Positions 1 to 7,871 of a DNA stretch of 64,000 nt are shown here, piece by piece. The notes under the pieces were generated by a model. The model did no database searches, was not told where the DNA came from, and worked only from the letters and a program-made list of their open reading frames with translations. The position numbers and the translations under genes were made by a program. The DNA lies in IMG/VR virus record IMGVR_UViG_3300020042_012633, positions 8,492 through 72,491 of that record; one strand, 5' to 3'. Within the stretch, counting starts at the first letter, position 1, and the number at the start of each line of letters is the position of its first letter. The stretch comes from a virus (lineage: Duplodnaviria > Caudoviricetes).

Positions 1-82
1 TAAATTCTTTCTGAGCTACGCTATCTTTACTTGATTCGTTTAACGATTCTTTTATAATTTTAACTAGGTCTGATTTTTTCAT
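1..82 (-). CDS. Hypothetical protein, N-terminal fragment running off the window edge (MKKSDLVKIIKESLNESSKDSVAQKEF...)
   Basis: Manual translation: ATG at 80-82, frame open to position 1; TATTTATA motif upstream at 98-105. Confidence 0.55.
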   Translation of the reverse strand, partial: MKKSDLVKIIKESLNESSKDSVAQKEF

Positions 83-144
83 TGTTATATATTTTAATAT
101 AAATATGTAATGTTTTTAAAAAGAATTACCGTTCTTTTATTAAT

Positions 145-447
145 TTATCCTTTTAATACTTGTTTGTTATTTGTAATCTTTGCCTCCAATTTATCTAGTC
201 TGGAATCTATTGCTGAGTAGATATTGTTTGTAATTTGATCTACTCTGTCGATCTCTTGATCAATCCTACGATTGAGCATTTCATTATTTTGGCTTGCTTC
301 TAATTCTAAAACTGATACAGCCTCTGCCAATTCCTTTACTTGTTTTACTAACCTAACCACTGCCATAATTCCTAATATAATAAGAACTGCACCTGCACCT
401 AGACCAAATGTTACTAGTGTTTCCATAATTTTTGTTTTTAAATTCAA
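145..447 (-). CDS. Membrane-anchored coiled-coil hypothetical protein
   Basis: 100-aa ORF; hydrophobic N-terminal helix followed by a heptad-like charged region. Confidence 0.75.
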   Translation of the reverse strand: MNLKTKIMETLVTFGLGAGAVLIILGIMAVVRLVKQVKELAEAVSVLELEASQNNEMLNRRIDQEIDRVDQITNNIYSAIDSRLDKLEAKITNNKQVLKG

Positions 448-468
448 AGAACGGTAATCTTTAATTTG

Positions 469-593
469 TAGTTAGGACGGGACTCGAACCCGCACCGCAT
501 CCGCACTCCTGCGTTGATCAATTTTTTTATTAACGTGAGGATCGCTTAACCTCAGTGCAGTTTTTTTGTGTCTACCAATTCCACCACCTAACT
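469..593 (-). tRNA. Atypical tRNA-like RNA (Leu/Ser-type D arm and T arm, no canonical anticodon arm, 125 nt)
   Basis: Minus strand: acceptor AGTTAGG/CCTAACT (7 bp), D arm TGGTGGAATTGGTAGACAC, T arm GCGGG-TTCGAGT-CCCGT, discriminator A, no encoded CCA. About 80 nt of non-canonical sequence lies between the D and T arms. Confidence 0.7.
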
Positions 594-744
594 TCCTTAC
601 CAATCTGGGTCTTTCTTGTAGCCTTCCGAGTTATCAGTTACGGGGCTTGTACAAGAGCAGGGTTTCTGGTTTGCTGTCGTAATATAAACCCTTTTTCTTT
701 TTGTGTTCAGCCTAACAGCATGCATTGGTAATTAAAACATGTAC

Positions 745-906
745 TTATTTTACAGTTGTAGTGTCTACTGCTGTGGTATCTACACTTACTGAATCAACTT
801 GTACTGAGGTTGAGTCTACTGTTGTTAGTCTTGCTGGTGCTTCAACTTTTTTACAACTTACTACTACTAAAGCCACTAAGGCTAATGCTAAAAATACTTT
901 TTTCAT
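745..906 (-). CDS. Small lipoprotein (53 aa), not in the ORF track
   Basis: Manual translation MKKVFLALALVALVVVSCKKVEAPARLTTVDSTSVQVDSVSVDTTAVDTTTVK; lipobox VVS-C; VDST/VDTT low-complexity tail; promoter motif directly upstream. Confidence 0.8.
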   Translation of the reverse strand: MKKVFLALALVALVVVSCKKVEAPARLTTVDSTSVQVDSVSVDTTAVDTTTVK

Positions 907-934
907 TTTTGTTTTTATTTATTTATTATACTTT

Positions 935-964
935 AATATACGAAATACTTTTTAAGTATCCAAA
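935..964 (-). promoter_or_regulatory. Sigma70-like early/middle promoter
   Basis: TTGGAT-N17-TATATT with TTTCG before the -10; same architecture at four other sites. Confidence 0.65.
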
Positions 965-971
965 CTTTTTG

Positions 972-1178
972 TTAGAAACTTACTGTAGAAAGAACTTTAA
1001 TAACAGTTGTTTCTGGATCAAAATCATTTCCTAATTGTTTTGCAACTAGTAAATCAATTGATGTTCCATTTTTTTGCTCAATCCATAATTCTTTTAAGAA
1101 TTTAGTTGAATTGATCTCATTTGTATCTACATCTCTTGTGATTGTGAATACTGCTACGTTTACTTGTTTTGGTGTCAT
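972..1178 (-). CDS. Hypothetical protein
   Basis: 68-aa ORF, ATG start, co-directional and tightly packed. Confidence 0.65.
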   Translation of the reverse strand: MTPKQVNVAVFTITRDVDTNEINSTKFLKELWIEQKNGTSIDLLVAKQLGNDFDPETTVIKVLSTVSF

Positions 1179-1183
1179 TTTTT

Positions 1184-1369
1184 TTACTGGTGTTGGTGTT
1201 GATGAGTATTAATTGTTGAATTTCCTTGTAGGGTTAATCCTGAACCATCTGTAATGGTTGTGATAGGTGTTCCTGAATATATGGTGCCTGGGGTACCTGA
1301 GTATGCACCTGATGTTGTTCCTCTTCCATCTGAGAATAATCCTGATAGGTTTGTTGTTGTTTCGTTCAT
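1184..1369 (-). CDS. Hypothetical T/G/S-rich protein
   Basis: 61-aa ORF packed between neighbours (4-5 nt gaps). Confidence 0.55.
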   Translation of the reverse strand: MNETTTNLSGLFSDGRGTTSGAYSGTPGTIYSGTPITTITDGSGLTLQGNSTINTHQHQHQ

Positions 1370-1373
1370 ACTA

Positions 1374-1763
1374 TTATAATCTATAATTTTGAATATCTGA
1401 AATTGAAATAATTATCTCAGAAGAATCTTCTCCGTCTAAGTTTTGTTTGCCATCGAAAAACTCTTTTAGGAATTGCTGTCTGTACAATAAAACATCTCCC
1501 GTATAAGTTCTTGTACTTATTGCTTTCTTTGCAACCTTCTCGTTGCACGTTACAGCTGCTTGTGCAACTTCTTTTCCTAACCGTGCCCCAGCTGCGTATC
1601 CTAAATAATCAAATAAAGATACTGTTGGTTCTTGTTTTATTTCCATTTCATAAACTTTAATTGGGTTCTCATCGATGCTATCAATTAATTGAAGTACATC
1701 TGATTTTAAAAAAACAGAACTTGGTGACTTTGCCACTTTCTCTAATACTAATTTCTTTTCCAT
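1374..1763 (-). CDS. Hypothetical phage protein
   Basis: 129-aa ORF with ATG, preceded by a promoter motif. Confidence 0.75.
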   Translation of the reverse strand: MEKKLVLEKVAKSPSSVFLKSDVLQLIDSIDENPIKVYEMEIKQEPTVSLFDYLGYAAGARLGKEVAQAAVTCNEKVAKKAISTRTYTGDVLLYRQQFLKEFFDGKQNLDGEDSSEIIISISDIQNYRL

Positions 1764-1891
1764 AATGATTTTATTTTACATTTAATATAGGAAAAATATC
1801 CTGCAATGGCAACTAAAAGTGCTGGTAAAGTTATCATGCTTGGATGATTTTCTCCACACGTTCCACAAATGTGATTTATAACTTCTCCCAT
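1748..1891 (-). CDS. Small membrane protein (47 aa, HICGTCGENHP motif), not in the ORF track
   Basis: Manual translation MGEVINHICGTCGENHPSMITLPALLVAIAGYFSYIKCKIKSLWKRN; starts 2 nt after the upstream stop; one hydrophobic helix. Confidence 0.5.
   Translation of the reverse strand: MGEVINHICGTCGENHPSMITLPALLVAIAGYFSYIKCKIKSLWKRN
1784..1812 (-). promoter_or_regulatory. Sigma70-like early/middle promoter
   Basis: TTGCCA-N17-TATATT with TTTCC before the -10; overlaps the small ORF 1748-1891. Confidence 0.5.
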
Positions 1892-1893
1892 GT

Positions 1894-2202
1894 TTAGTCG
1901 ACTGTGGTCATTGTGTTCATCTTATTCTGAATATCATTCCAAGTACTTATGTATTCTTGAATTGTTTTAAAGTGTTTGTTACCTGACATAGGCAATAACT
2001 CTCTTGCTACAACTTTAAGTGCATGGTTGAATGTAGATGGATAGCATATTGTTTTAAAATAAGCTCTGTCTTTTTCTCCTCTAGTAACTCTTTCGTAAAC
2101 TGTGTATCCTCCTGAGGTTGCTTTTACGATGAAGAATGGTTCCATGATTGGATCCTCAATAAGTGTATCCCCTTCTGGGATGGTGTTTGGATTTCGTAAC
2201 AT
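1894..2202 (-). CDS. Hypothetical phage protein
   Basis: 102-aa ORF, ATG start. Confidence 0.75.
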   Translation of the reverse strand: MLRNPNTIPEGDTLIEDPIMEPFFIVKATSGGYTVYERVTRGEKDRAYFKTICYPSTFNHALKVVARELLPMSGNKHFKTIQEYISTWNDIQNKMNTMTTVD

Positions 2203-2215
2203 TTGTTTTTTGTTT

Positions 2216-2479
2216 TTAGTTTAAAATAAAATCTGTTAATTCCTGTTGACCCATTCTTCCAGATTGTGACTTAACTCTTTGTCCGTCTTCTACAATAACT
2301 GTACAAGGAATACCTCTTACTCCGTATTGTCCTGTTAGGTTGTCTGTGTCTTGGTCAATGTTTACTTCTACAAATTCAATACCCTCTTGTAGTTGCTCCT
2401 TTACTTTTTCAAAGGTAGGTGCATATTGATTACATGGTCCACACCAAGGTGCCCAGAACTTAATTACTTGCTTTGCCAT
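2216..2479 (-). CDS. trxA: Thioredoxin
   Basis: FWAPWCGPC active site and GIP cis-proline motif; 87 aa. Confidence 0.95.
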   Translation of the reverse strand: MAKQVIKFWAPWCGPCNQYAPTFEKVKEQLQEGIEFVEVNIDQDTDNLTGQYGVRGIPCTVIVEDGQRVKSQSGRMGQQELTDFILN

Positions 2480-2622
2480 TATGCTCCTTTTGCTTTATAG
2501 TAATCTGCTTTTGAGAACTTTCCCGATGGTTGTTCTTTTAATTCTACGGATGGTTGCTTCTTTAAGGTAACAAGCCACTCCATTAACGACTGATAATTCT
2601 TCTTTGGTGAATTCTTTGACAT
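2479..2622 (-). CDS. Small hypothetical protein (47 aa), not in the ORF track
   Basis: Manual translation MSKNSPKKNYQSLMEWLVTLKKQPSVELKEQPSGKFSKADYYKAKGA; its stop overlaps the thioredoxin start (TAATG). Confidence 0.6.
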   Translation of the reverse strand: MSKNSPKKNYQSLMEWLVTLKKQPSVELKEQPSGKFSKADYYKAKGA

Positions 2623-2640
2623 AAATTTAATTTTTGTTTA

Positions 2641-2844
2641 TTATTTAATATAAGGAATTTCTTTTAGATATCCAAGCATTATCTGATTATTTATTCGATT
2701 TTCCATTGTAGTGTAGTCGTGTATCTCTGTAAGATAGTTGAACTGCTCCATTTGAAAGTCCTTGGAATCATTTAGACAAGTCTCTTCCCACTTATCTGTG
2801 AGGTGATATATCTTGTTTTTAAATTTGAAAGAGTGCTTATCCAT
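2641..2844 (-). CDS. Hypothetical protein
   Basis: 67-aa ORF directly downstream of a promoter motif. Confidence 0.7.
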   Translation of the reverse strand: MDKHSFKFKNKIYHLTDKWEETCLNDSKDFQMEQFNYLTEIHDYTTMENRINNQIMLGYLKEIPYIK

Positions 2845-2849
2845 ACTTA

Positions 2850-2878
2850 AATATAAGGAAAAGTATTGATATATGCAA
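2850..2878 (-). promoter_or_regulatory. Sigma70-like early/middle promoter
   Basis: TTGCAT-N17-TATATT in the gap between the envelope operon and the 67-aa gene. Confidence 0.7.
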
Positions 2879-2883
2879 CTTTT

Positions 2884-4254
2884 TTACAGTTGAAGTTTAG
2901 ATCCTATTGTAATTCCGAAGGTTGTTTTAGATTCTGGATTAGTATTTGCTACTACGTTGCCTCCTAGATTGGCTTTGAATCTTTTTGTTAATGGAAAATC
3001 AAAATTAGACCCTACAATATAAGTAAAGTACTTTGTAATGGTAAATGTATTTGGAATTGCTGTGTAACTTATTGGAGAGAGTGAAGCTGCTACCATTGGA
3101 GAAATAACTATTCTTTTTACTGGGAATGGTTTAGTCATAAAGAATGTTGCTGAGGGTGATAGCATTACGTCTCTTCCTATAAAAATTGCTGTGAATCCAA
3201 ATGCATATCCAGCTACTAATCCTTTTTTTAATAAAAATACATCATTTGCTCCTAAGGAAACAACCTCAGTTCCAAACATAGACATTACTGTTATACTTTG
3301 TCCTGATATTTTATAAATTGATCCCTTTACGTAGTATCCTCCTATTTCCTCTCCTTGTATTTTTATTGGTATTCTTTTATCATGATTGAATAAAATTGTA
3401 GTTTTAGAAGCTGATAGTGAGAATTGTTTTAAGTTTGACCATATCATTGAGTTAGCACTATAGGAAGTTTCTCCTGTGAGGGAGCTTTGGGACATTCCAA
3501 AAGAAGCTACTTGTGAGAAAGTGCCATCTGCATTTTGATTGTTCATCATATTTGCAGCAATCATTACAGGATTGGTTGATTGTTGTTTTTTCTTACTCTC
3601 TTCTTTTTTCTTTTCCTGTTTCTTTTCTTCTTTTTTTTCTTCCTTCTTCTCCTCTTTCTTTTCCTCTTTTGTTTCTTCTTTCTTTTCTTCTTTCGATTCG
3701 GATTTGGTTTCAGACTTTGATTCAGATTTGGTTTCGCTTGTGCTCTCTGTTTTACTTTCAGTTGGAGCAGGAGCTGCTTCACTTGTAGTTGAACTTGGAG
3801 CAGGTGCTTCTACCGTTGGAGCCTCTACTGTTGGTGCTTCTACTGTTGGTACGGGTGTACTAGTAGCAGCGGAGGCAGCTGCAGAAGCTGCTGCACTTGC
3901 ACTTGCTGCTGCTGCTTGAGTTGCTGCTTGAGTAACAGACTCGGTAATTGTTTTTGTAATTATTGCTTTGGTTTCTTCTAGAATGACTTCTGCTGGTGGA
4001 GTTGTTGGACATGGATTTAGTGAAGTATACCATTGGTAGGTTACTTCTAGCCAAGCCTGCAATGCACCTGCTTGTGCTTGCTCTGCTGTCATTATAGTAT
4101 ACTTACTGTAGTATGTAACTACAGTTTGTCCTTGAGAAGCTATAGTAAATACAAGTACCTCACCTGTACACCTATCTGTGTAGGTTTGAATTACATTTTG
4201 ACCATAGGTGCAAAATCCTACAAGTAGGAGTAGTATATGAAGTACTTTTTTCAA
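2884..4254 (-). CDS. Secreted protein: small N-terminal domain, A/P/T- and K/E-rich linker, predicted C-terminal outer-membrane beta-barrel
   Basis: TTG start; signal peptide ending CTYG|Q; two Cys in the N-domain; (KEEK)n linker; C-terminal ~230 aa of alternating hydrophobic strands ending FGITIGSKLQL. Confidence 0.75.
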   Translation of the reverse strand: MKKVLHILLLLVGFCTYGQNVIQTYTDRCTGEVLVFTIASQGQTVVTYYSKYTIMTAEQAQAGALQAWLEVTYQWYTSLNPCPTTPPAEVILEETKAIITKTITESVTQAATQAAAASASAAASAAASAATSTPVPTVEAPTVEAPTVEAPAPSSTTSEAAPAPTESKTESTSETKSESKSETKSESKEEKKEETKEEKKEEKKEEKKEEKKQEKKKEESKKKQQSTNPVMIAANMMNNQNADGTFSQVASFGMSQSSLTGETSYSANSMIWSNLKQFSLSASKTTILFNHDKRIPIKIQGEEIGGYYVKGSIYKISGQSITVMSMFGTEVVSLGANDVFLLKKGLVAGYAFGFTAIFIGRDVMLSPSATFFMTKPFPVKRIVISPMVAASLSPISYTAIPNTFTITKYFTYIVGSNFDFPLTKRFKANLGGNVVANTNPESKTTFGITIGSKLQL

Positions 4255-4256
4255 GT

Positions 4257-4976
4257 CTAGTTAGTAAAAACTTGTTTTTGAATCATTCTCTTAACAACTT
4301 TAGCTGTAGCTGATTCTAGTGCTTTCTTAGTTGCAGTACCAATACTTGATTGATTAAATTTTACTTCTTCTAAGTTTTCATTATTTAATAAAGTAACCTC
4401 TCTTGTTGTAATTGATTTTCCTAATCCTGAACCTGTCATGTATGTTCCAGATTGTGAGTCTACCATCTTAACTTGAAGTCCCAGTCTTGTTACCAAGCTA
4501 TTTTTTACTCCATCTTTTAGATTAATTGTTTCATCTTCTGAGATTGAAAAATCATATACCTCTATGTAGCAGAAGTATTTTGCTAGTACAATATTTCCTT
4601 TTAGTTCAATTTTCTCTGTAGATAATCCTTTCTGAGATGCTTTGTATTGATTAACCATTCTATCTTTGATAGCATCTTTTGTTTCTACGAATTCGAATCT
4701 GAATGTTTCTTCTAGAAAAGCTATTACGATATTGGTAAGTCCAAGACCTACTCTATAATCTCCAAGTTCTGGATATTGATCTATTACCTCTTTACTAACT
4801 CCTATTTCAAGTAGGGCAACAGGAATGGGCTTGCCATTATATTCAGGAATGGAATATATTGATTCCTTACCTTCAAATCCTGCTTGATAGTCCTCTGTTG
4901 TTGTTTTGCCTATTACTTGTCCAAAAGTAAAATGGCCTATAAGAATACAGGCCATTAATATTAATTTCTTTACCAT
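4257..4976 (-). CDS. csgG: CsgG-family (curli secretion channel / TolB-N-like fold) protein
   Basis: Signal peptide TFG|Q; pattern PVALLE...VGLGLTNIVIAFLEETFRFEFVE...LGLQVKMVDSQSGTYMTGSGLG matches CsgG-like proteins; recognised by eye. Confidence 0.75.
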   Translation of the reverse strand: MVKKLILMACILIGHFTFGQVIGKTTTEDYQAGFEGKESIYSIPEYNGKPIPVALLEIGVSKEVIDQYPELGDYRVGLGLTNIVIAFLEETFRFEFVETKDAIKDRMVNQYKASQKGLSTEKIELKGNIVLAKYFCYIEVYDFSISEDETINLKDGVKNSLVTRLGLQVKMVDSQSGTYMTGSGLGKSITTREVTLLNNENLEEVKFNQSSIGTATKKALESATAKVVKRMIQKQVFTN

Positions 4977-4995
4977 AAGTGTATCCTTATTTATA

Positions 4996-5316
4996 TTACC
5001 AATCTAATCCGTCTTCTTTTCTTTTCTCTGTTTCAGTTTTCTTAGGCTTAGCTACTACAGCTGGTGCTGCTTGTGAAGGAGATGCTTTCTCCTTAATGAT
5101 AATAGTTTTACCTGCTGCTTGTTGAGATTGTTGGTTTGTGTTTGTAATGTTGATTACAGGTGCTGCTGCAGGAGCTGCTACTTCTGTTTTGTCCTCTCCA
5201 TTGTCTCCAGTTAATTTATTTGTAACGTACCCTCCTACTCCTAGAGTGATAGTACTTATTAATCCAATTAAGATACTTTTAATTGAACCTCCTCCTGCTT
5301 CTGCTTCTTCTGCCAT
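4996..5316 (-). CDS. Small single-pass membrane protein with Pro/Ala- and N/Q-rich extracytoplasmic tail
   Basis: Hydrophobic helix ILIGLISTITLGVGGYV, then PAAAPVINITNTNQQSQQ. Confidence 0.75.
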   Translation of the reverse strand: MAEEAEAGGGSIKSILIGLISTITLGVGGYVTNKLTGDNGEDKTEVAAPAAAPVINITNTNQQSQQAAGKTIIIKEKASPSQAAPAVVAKPKKTETEKRKEDGLDW

Positions 5317-5323
5317 TTTGTTT

Positions 5324-5707
5324 TTATTTAGTTGTTGTGTCGGACATTGAGAACGATTCTCTTCCTATTATTTTATTATCTTCAGTTTGTAATTCAACAG
5401 TATAAGAGCTAACTGGTAAAGCTGATACATAGATGCTTAGGATGTTATCACCTTCTTTTCCTATTACTTTTTCTTGACTTACTAAGTCTCCAGTAAAGTC
5501 ATAAATTTTAATTTTATAAGTACCTGCTGTTGCTAATTTACTATTAATTTTTACTTGTTTGTCTACTATGTAACTCTCTAATTTAAGTCCCTGAGTTTCT
5601 GTTATTACTAAGGAGTTGTCTATTTGTTGTGTTGGAAGATTCTCTAGTGCTGGATCTTGAGAGCATGCTACCAAGGTTAGTGCTATTAGTGCTAATATTT
5701 TTTTCAT
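5324..5707 (-). CDS. Lipoprotein with a T9SS C-terminal sorting domain-like Ig fold
   Basis: Lipobox LVA-C; C-terminal pattern YKIKIYDFTGDLVSQ...SIYVSALPVSSYTVEL resembles the Por secretion tail (IYDxxG...LxxGxYxV). Confidence 0.7.
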   Translation of the reverse strand: MKKILALIALTLVACSQDPALENLPTQQIDNSLVITETQGLKLESYIVDKQVKINSKLATAGTYKIKIYDFTGDLVSQEKVIGKEGDNILSIYVSALPVSSYTVELQTEDNKIIGRESFSMSDTTTK

Positions 5708-5708
5708 G

Positions 5709-7343
5709 TTATTGTATTTTTAAGATTACTTTAGTTCCGTCTTGCTTAACTGCTTCTGCTAGTTTAAAATAAATTAACCCTGCTGTGTTTGTTATTGGAG
5801 TTTTTGTATTAAATATTAATTTATAAGGAGTTCCAGTTTTAATTGCTGTTAGTCCTGTTGAATCTAAACTACCAATGTAAAGAGTATTGCCTCTTGGAGT
5901 AGCAAAGTTTGTTGCTTGATTACCTGTATCAAACTTTACTGAATCGAATTCAAGTACTGATTGGTCATATTGTATGTTGAATTGGATACCTGCTAGTTGT
6001 TCCATTGTTAAATTAGTTGTCAACACTACTTTACCATCTACTAATGAAGTTGATACTTCTAAGTTATAGGTTTCAGCATTTGCAGCTATCTTAGCTTTAG
6101 AAGCAATCGTTCTCATAGCAGATGAATTATAGTTTGTTGATCCTTGTGCTGTAGGAACGTATGAGTGTGAAAAATCTACGTCTCCTTGAAATCCATGTAC
6201 AAAGTCAAATACTTTTTCTGCATCTGTTGGTCTGATGTATTGATTCTGTCCGAAGTAGTACTGGTCTGTTGATGCTCCGTAATTCTCTATTCTACCCCAA
6301 ACATTTTTACCACCATTAGCAGATGAAGTAAACCAACCACTTGTATTAGTTCCTGTGATATGATTTAACATTACATATGAATCATCAAAATCAACAACAC
6401 CATCATTTGTAACCTCTCCTAAGAGATACTGAATTTGATAACTAAAAATATTGGCAATATCTTCAGGACCTGTTGTAGAAGCTCCAATGGCTTGTTTAAA
6501 GTTTAAAAATGCATCCGATACTGTTACTACATCATTTAACCAACTCCATGCTATGTTATTATCAACCTCAACATAAACGTGATAATCAACATCATTTACT
6601 AATCCTGGTACAGCTGCAGTTCCTGTTGAATCAAAATATCCTTGAGCTACTGTTTGTTGTGTTCCAGTATGTTCTATTCTATATGTGTAATATGCTTTAT
6701 TTGGAACGGGTGTATATAATCTAAGGAAAACAGTACCAGCATCTCCTCCTTTTACAGGTGATAATGCAAGAGTTTGATTTTGAGCTACAACATCATAAAT
6801 GGTTGTTGGGGATTGTTTTTGAAACTTTGCCCAGTTTAACATAGTTACTTTACTGTAGTCTGTATATCCATAAGGAAATTTATCTTTAATTCTAAATCTT
6901 ACATAAATCCAAGGTGTTGAAGACGGAAGTGTTTTAGTAGATTGAATTGTAATTCTTTCTACTGACCAATCTGGATTAGATGGATATGATCCATTTGCTC
7001 CAGTATTCCAAGTGTGCTGTTTAGTTAAGTTATCAATACCATATCTTGTATCAGGATTGAACTTGTAACCATCCCAGTGATTTAATGTAGTTTGTATACC
7101 TGTTATCTGTCCTGTAGGAGTAAAGGTATGGTCTACTTTTTCTAGTAACTTGTTATTGTATTGGTAATCAAATTGAACTAAGTTGGGAGTGGCTGATTGA
7201 TAGATCCCCTCAAACTTAATTGTAATAATGTCTCCTACATTAAACCCATTGGTATTAGGGGTTATGCAGCTTTGAGATAGATAGGCGCTTTGTCCAAAGG
7301 ACATTAAAGGTAACAGTGCCAGTAGCACTAATAATTTTTTCAT
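5709..7343 (-). CDS. Secreted protein with cohesin-like and dockerin-like domains
   Basis: Signal peptide MSFG|Q; cohesin-like segments VQFDYQYNNKLLEKV (N-term) and LAGIQFNIQYDQSVLEFDSV (C-term); dockerin/EF-hand-like loop LLGEVTNDGVVDFDDSYVMLNHI. Confidence 0.7.
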   Translation of the reverse strand: MKKLLVLLALLPLMSFGQSAYLSQSCITPNTNGFNVGDIITIKFEGIYQSATPNLVQFDYQYNNKLLEKVDHTFTPTGQITGIQTTLNHWDGYKFNPDTRYGIDNLTKQHTWNTGANGSYPSNPDWSVERITIQSTKTLPSSTPWIYVRFRIKDKFPYGYTDYSKVTMLNWAKFQKQSPTTIYDVVAQNQTLALSPVKGGDAGTVFLRLYTPVPNKAYYTYRIEHTGTQQTVAQGYFDSTGTAAVPGLVNDVDYHVYVEVDNNIAWSWLNDVVTVSDAFLNFKQAIGASTTGPEDIANIFSYQIQYLLGEVTNDGVVDFDDSYVMLNHITGTNTSGWFTSSANGGKNVWGRIENYGASTDQYYFGQNQYIRPTDAEKVFDFVHGFQGDVDFSHSYVPTAQGSTNYNSSAMRTIASKAKIAANAETYNLEVSTSLVDGKVVLTTNLTMEQLAGIQFNIQYDQSVLEFDSVKFDTGNQATNFATPRGNTLYIGSLDSTGLTAIKTGTPYKLIFNTKTPITNTAGLIYFKLAEAVKQDGTKVILKIQ

Positions 7344-7813
7344 AGTTTTAGTTTTTCAATTAATTGTTCACACAACTTTTTAAGTGCTGATGAAACGTTT
7401 GTTTGAGAAAACTTGCCTCCTGAATCTATAATCAATGTTGCTGTTGAAATAGATTTTGCTTGGCCTTTTACTACAACTGTTTTTAATTCCTTCCCGTCTA
7501 ATAACAGTTTACCTTGTGCAATTATTTCAGTTACTTCTACAGTATTACCGTAGACTGCTAATTGCATGCTTGTACTCTTTACATCAAAGTAGAGAATATC
7601 TATCGTTAAAATTTTTTGTGATTGTGGGTCCAAATCGTACCCTTTTTCTTGAATTACTTCTTCAAGAATGTTTTTGATACCGAAGGCTAGGTCTCTATTA
7701 CCTGCCAGCGGTCCCATTACAATATTATTTTTAATATCACCTATTTTTATAGACTGTTGTGCAGAAACACTTATTCCAAATAGGAGAGATATTAACATAA
7801 AAAAAAGTTTCAT
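7340..7813 (-). CDS. Secreted alpha/beta protein (CsgG/LptE-like periplasmic fold candidate)
   Basis: Likely start ATG 7813 (MKLFF...SVSA|Q signal peptide) rather than 7840; stop overlaps the next start. Confidence 0.7.
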   Translation of the reverse strand: MKLFFMLISLLFGISVSAQQSIKIGDIKNNIVMGPLAGNRDLAFGIKNILEEVIQEKGYDLDPQSQKILTIDILYFDVKSTSMQLAVYGNTVEVTEIIAQGKLLLDGKELKTVVVKGQAKSISTATLIIDSGGKFSQTNVSSALKKLCEQLIEKLKL

Positions 7814-7871
7814 ATCTACTATATAAAGGTTAAAAAACATTTATAAAACAGTTAATATAAAACTTCTTTAA

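Noticed and set aside
469-593. tmRNA or Y-RNA identity for the tRNA-like element
   Set aside because: It has a full D arm, lacks the alanine G3-U70 identity pair and a tag ORF, is too short for tmRNA, and is not circularly permuted like YrlA-type Y RNAs.
725-1034. Plus-strand ORFs 725-955 and 810-1034
   Set aside because: Antisense to a convincing 53-aa lipoprotein gene (745-906) and its promoter.
3513-3919. K/R-rich 72-aa minus ORF and F/S-rich plus ORFs
   Set aside because: Alternative-frame readings of the (KEEK)n linker of the 456-aa gene.
4996-5316. Curlin (CsgA/CsgB) identity for the N/Q-rich small protein
   Set aside because: Only one short N/Q patch; no repeated N-x-A-x-x-x-Q-x-G curlin units.
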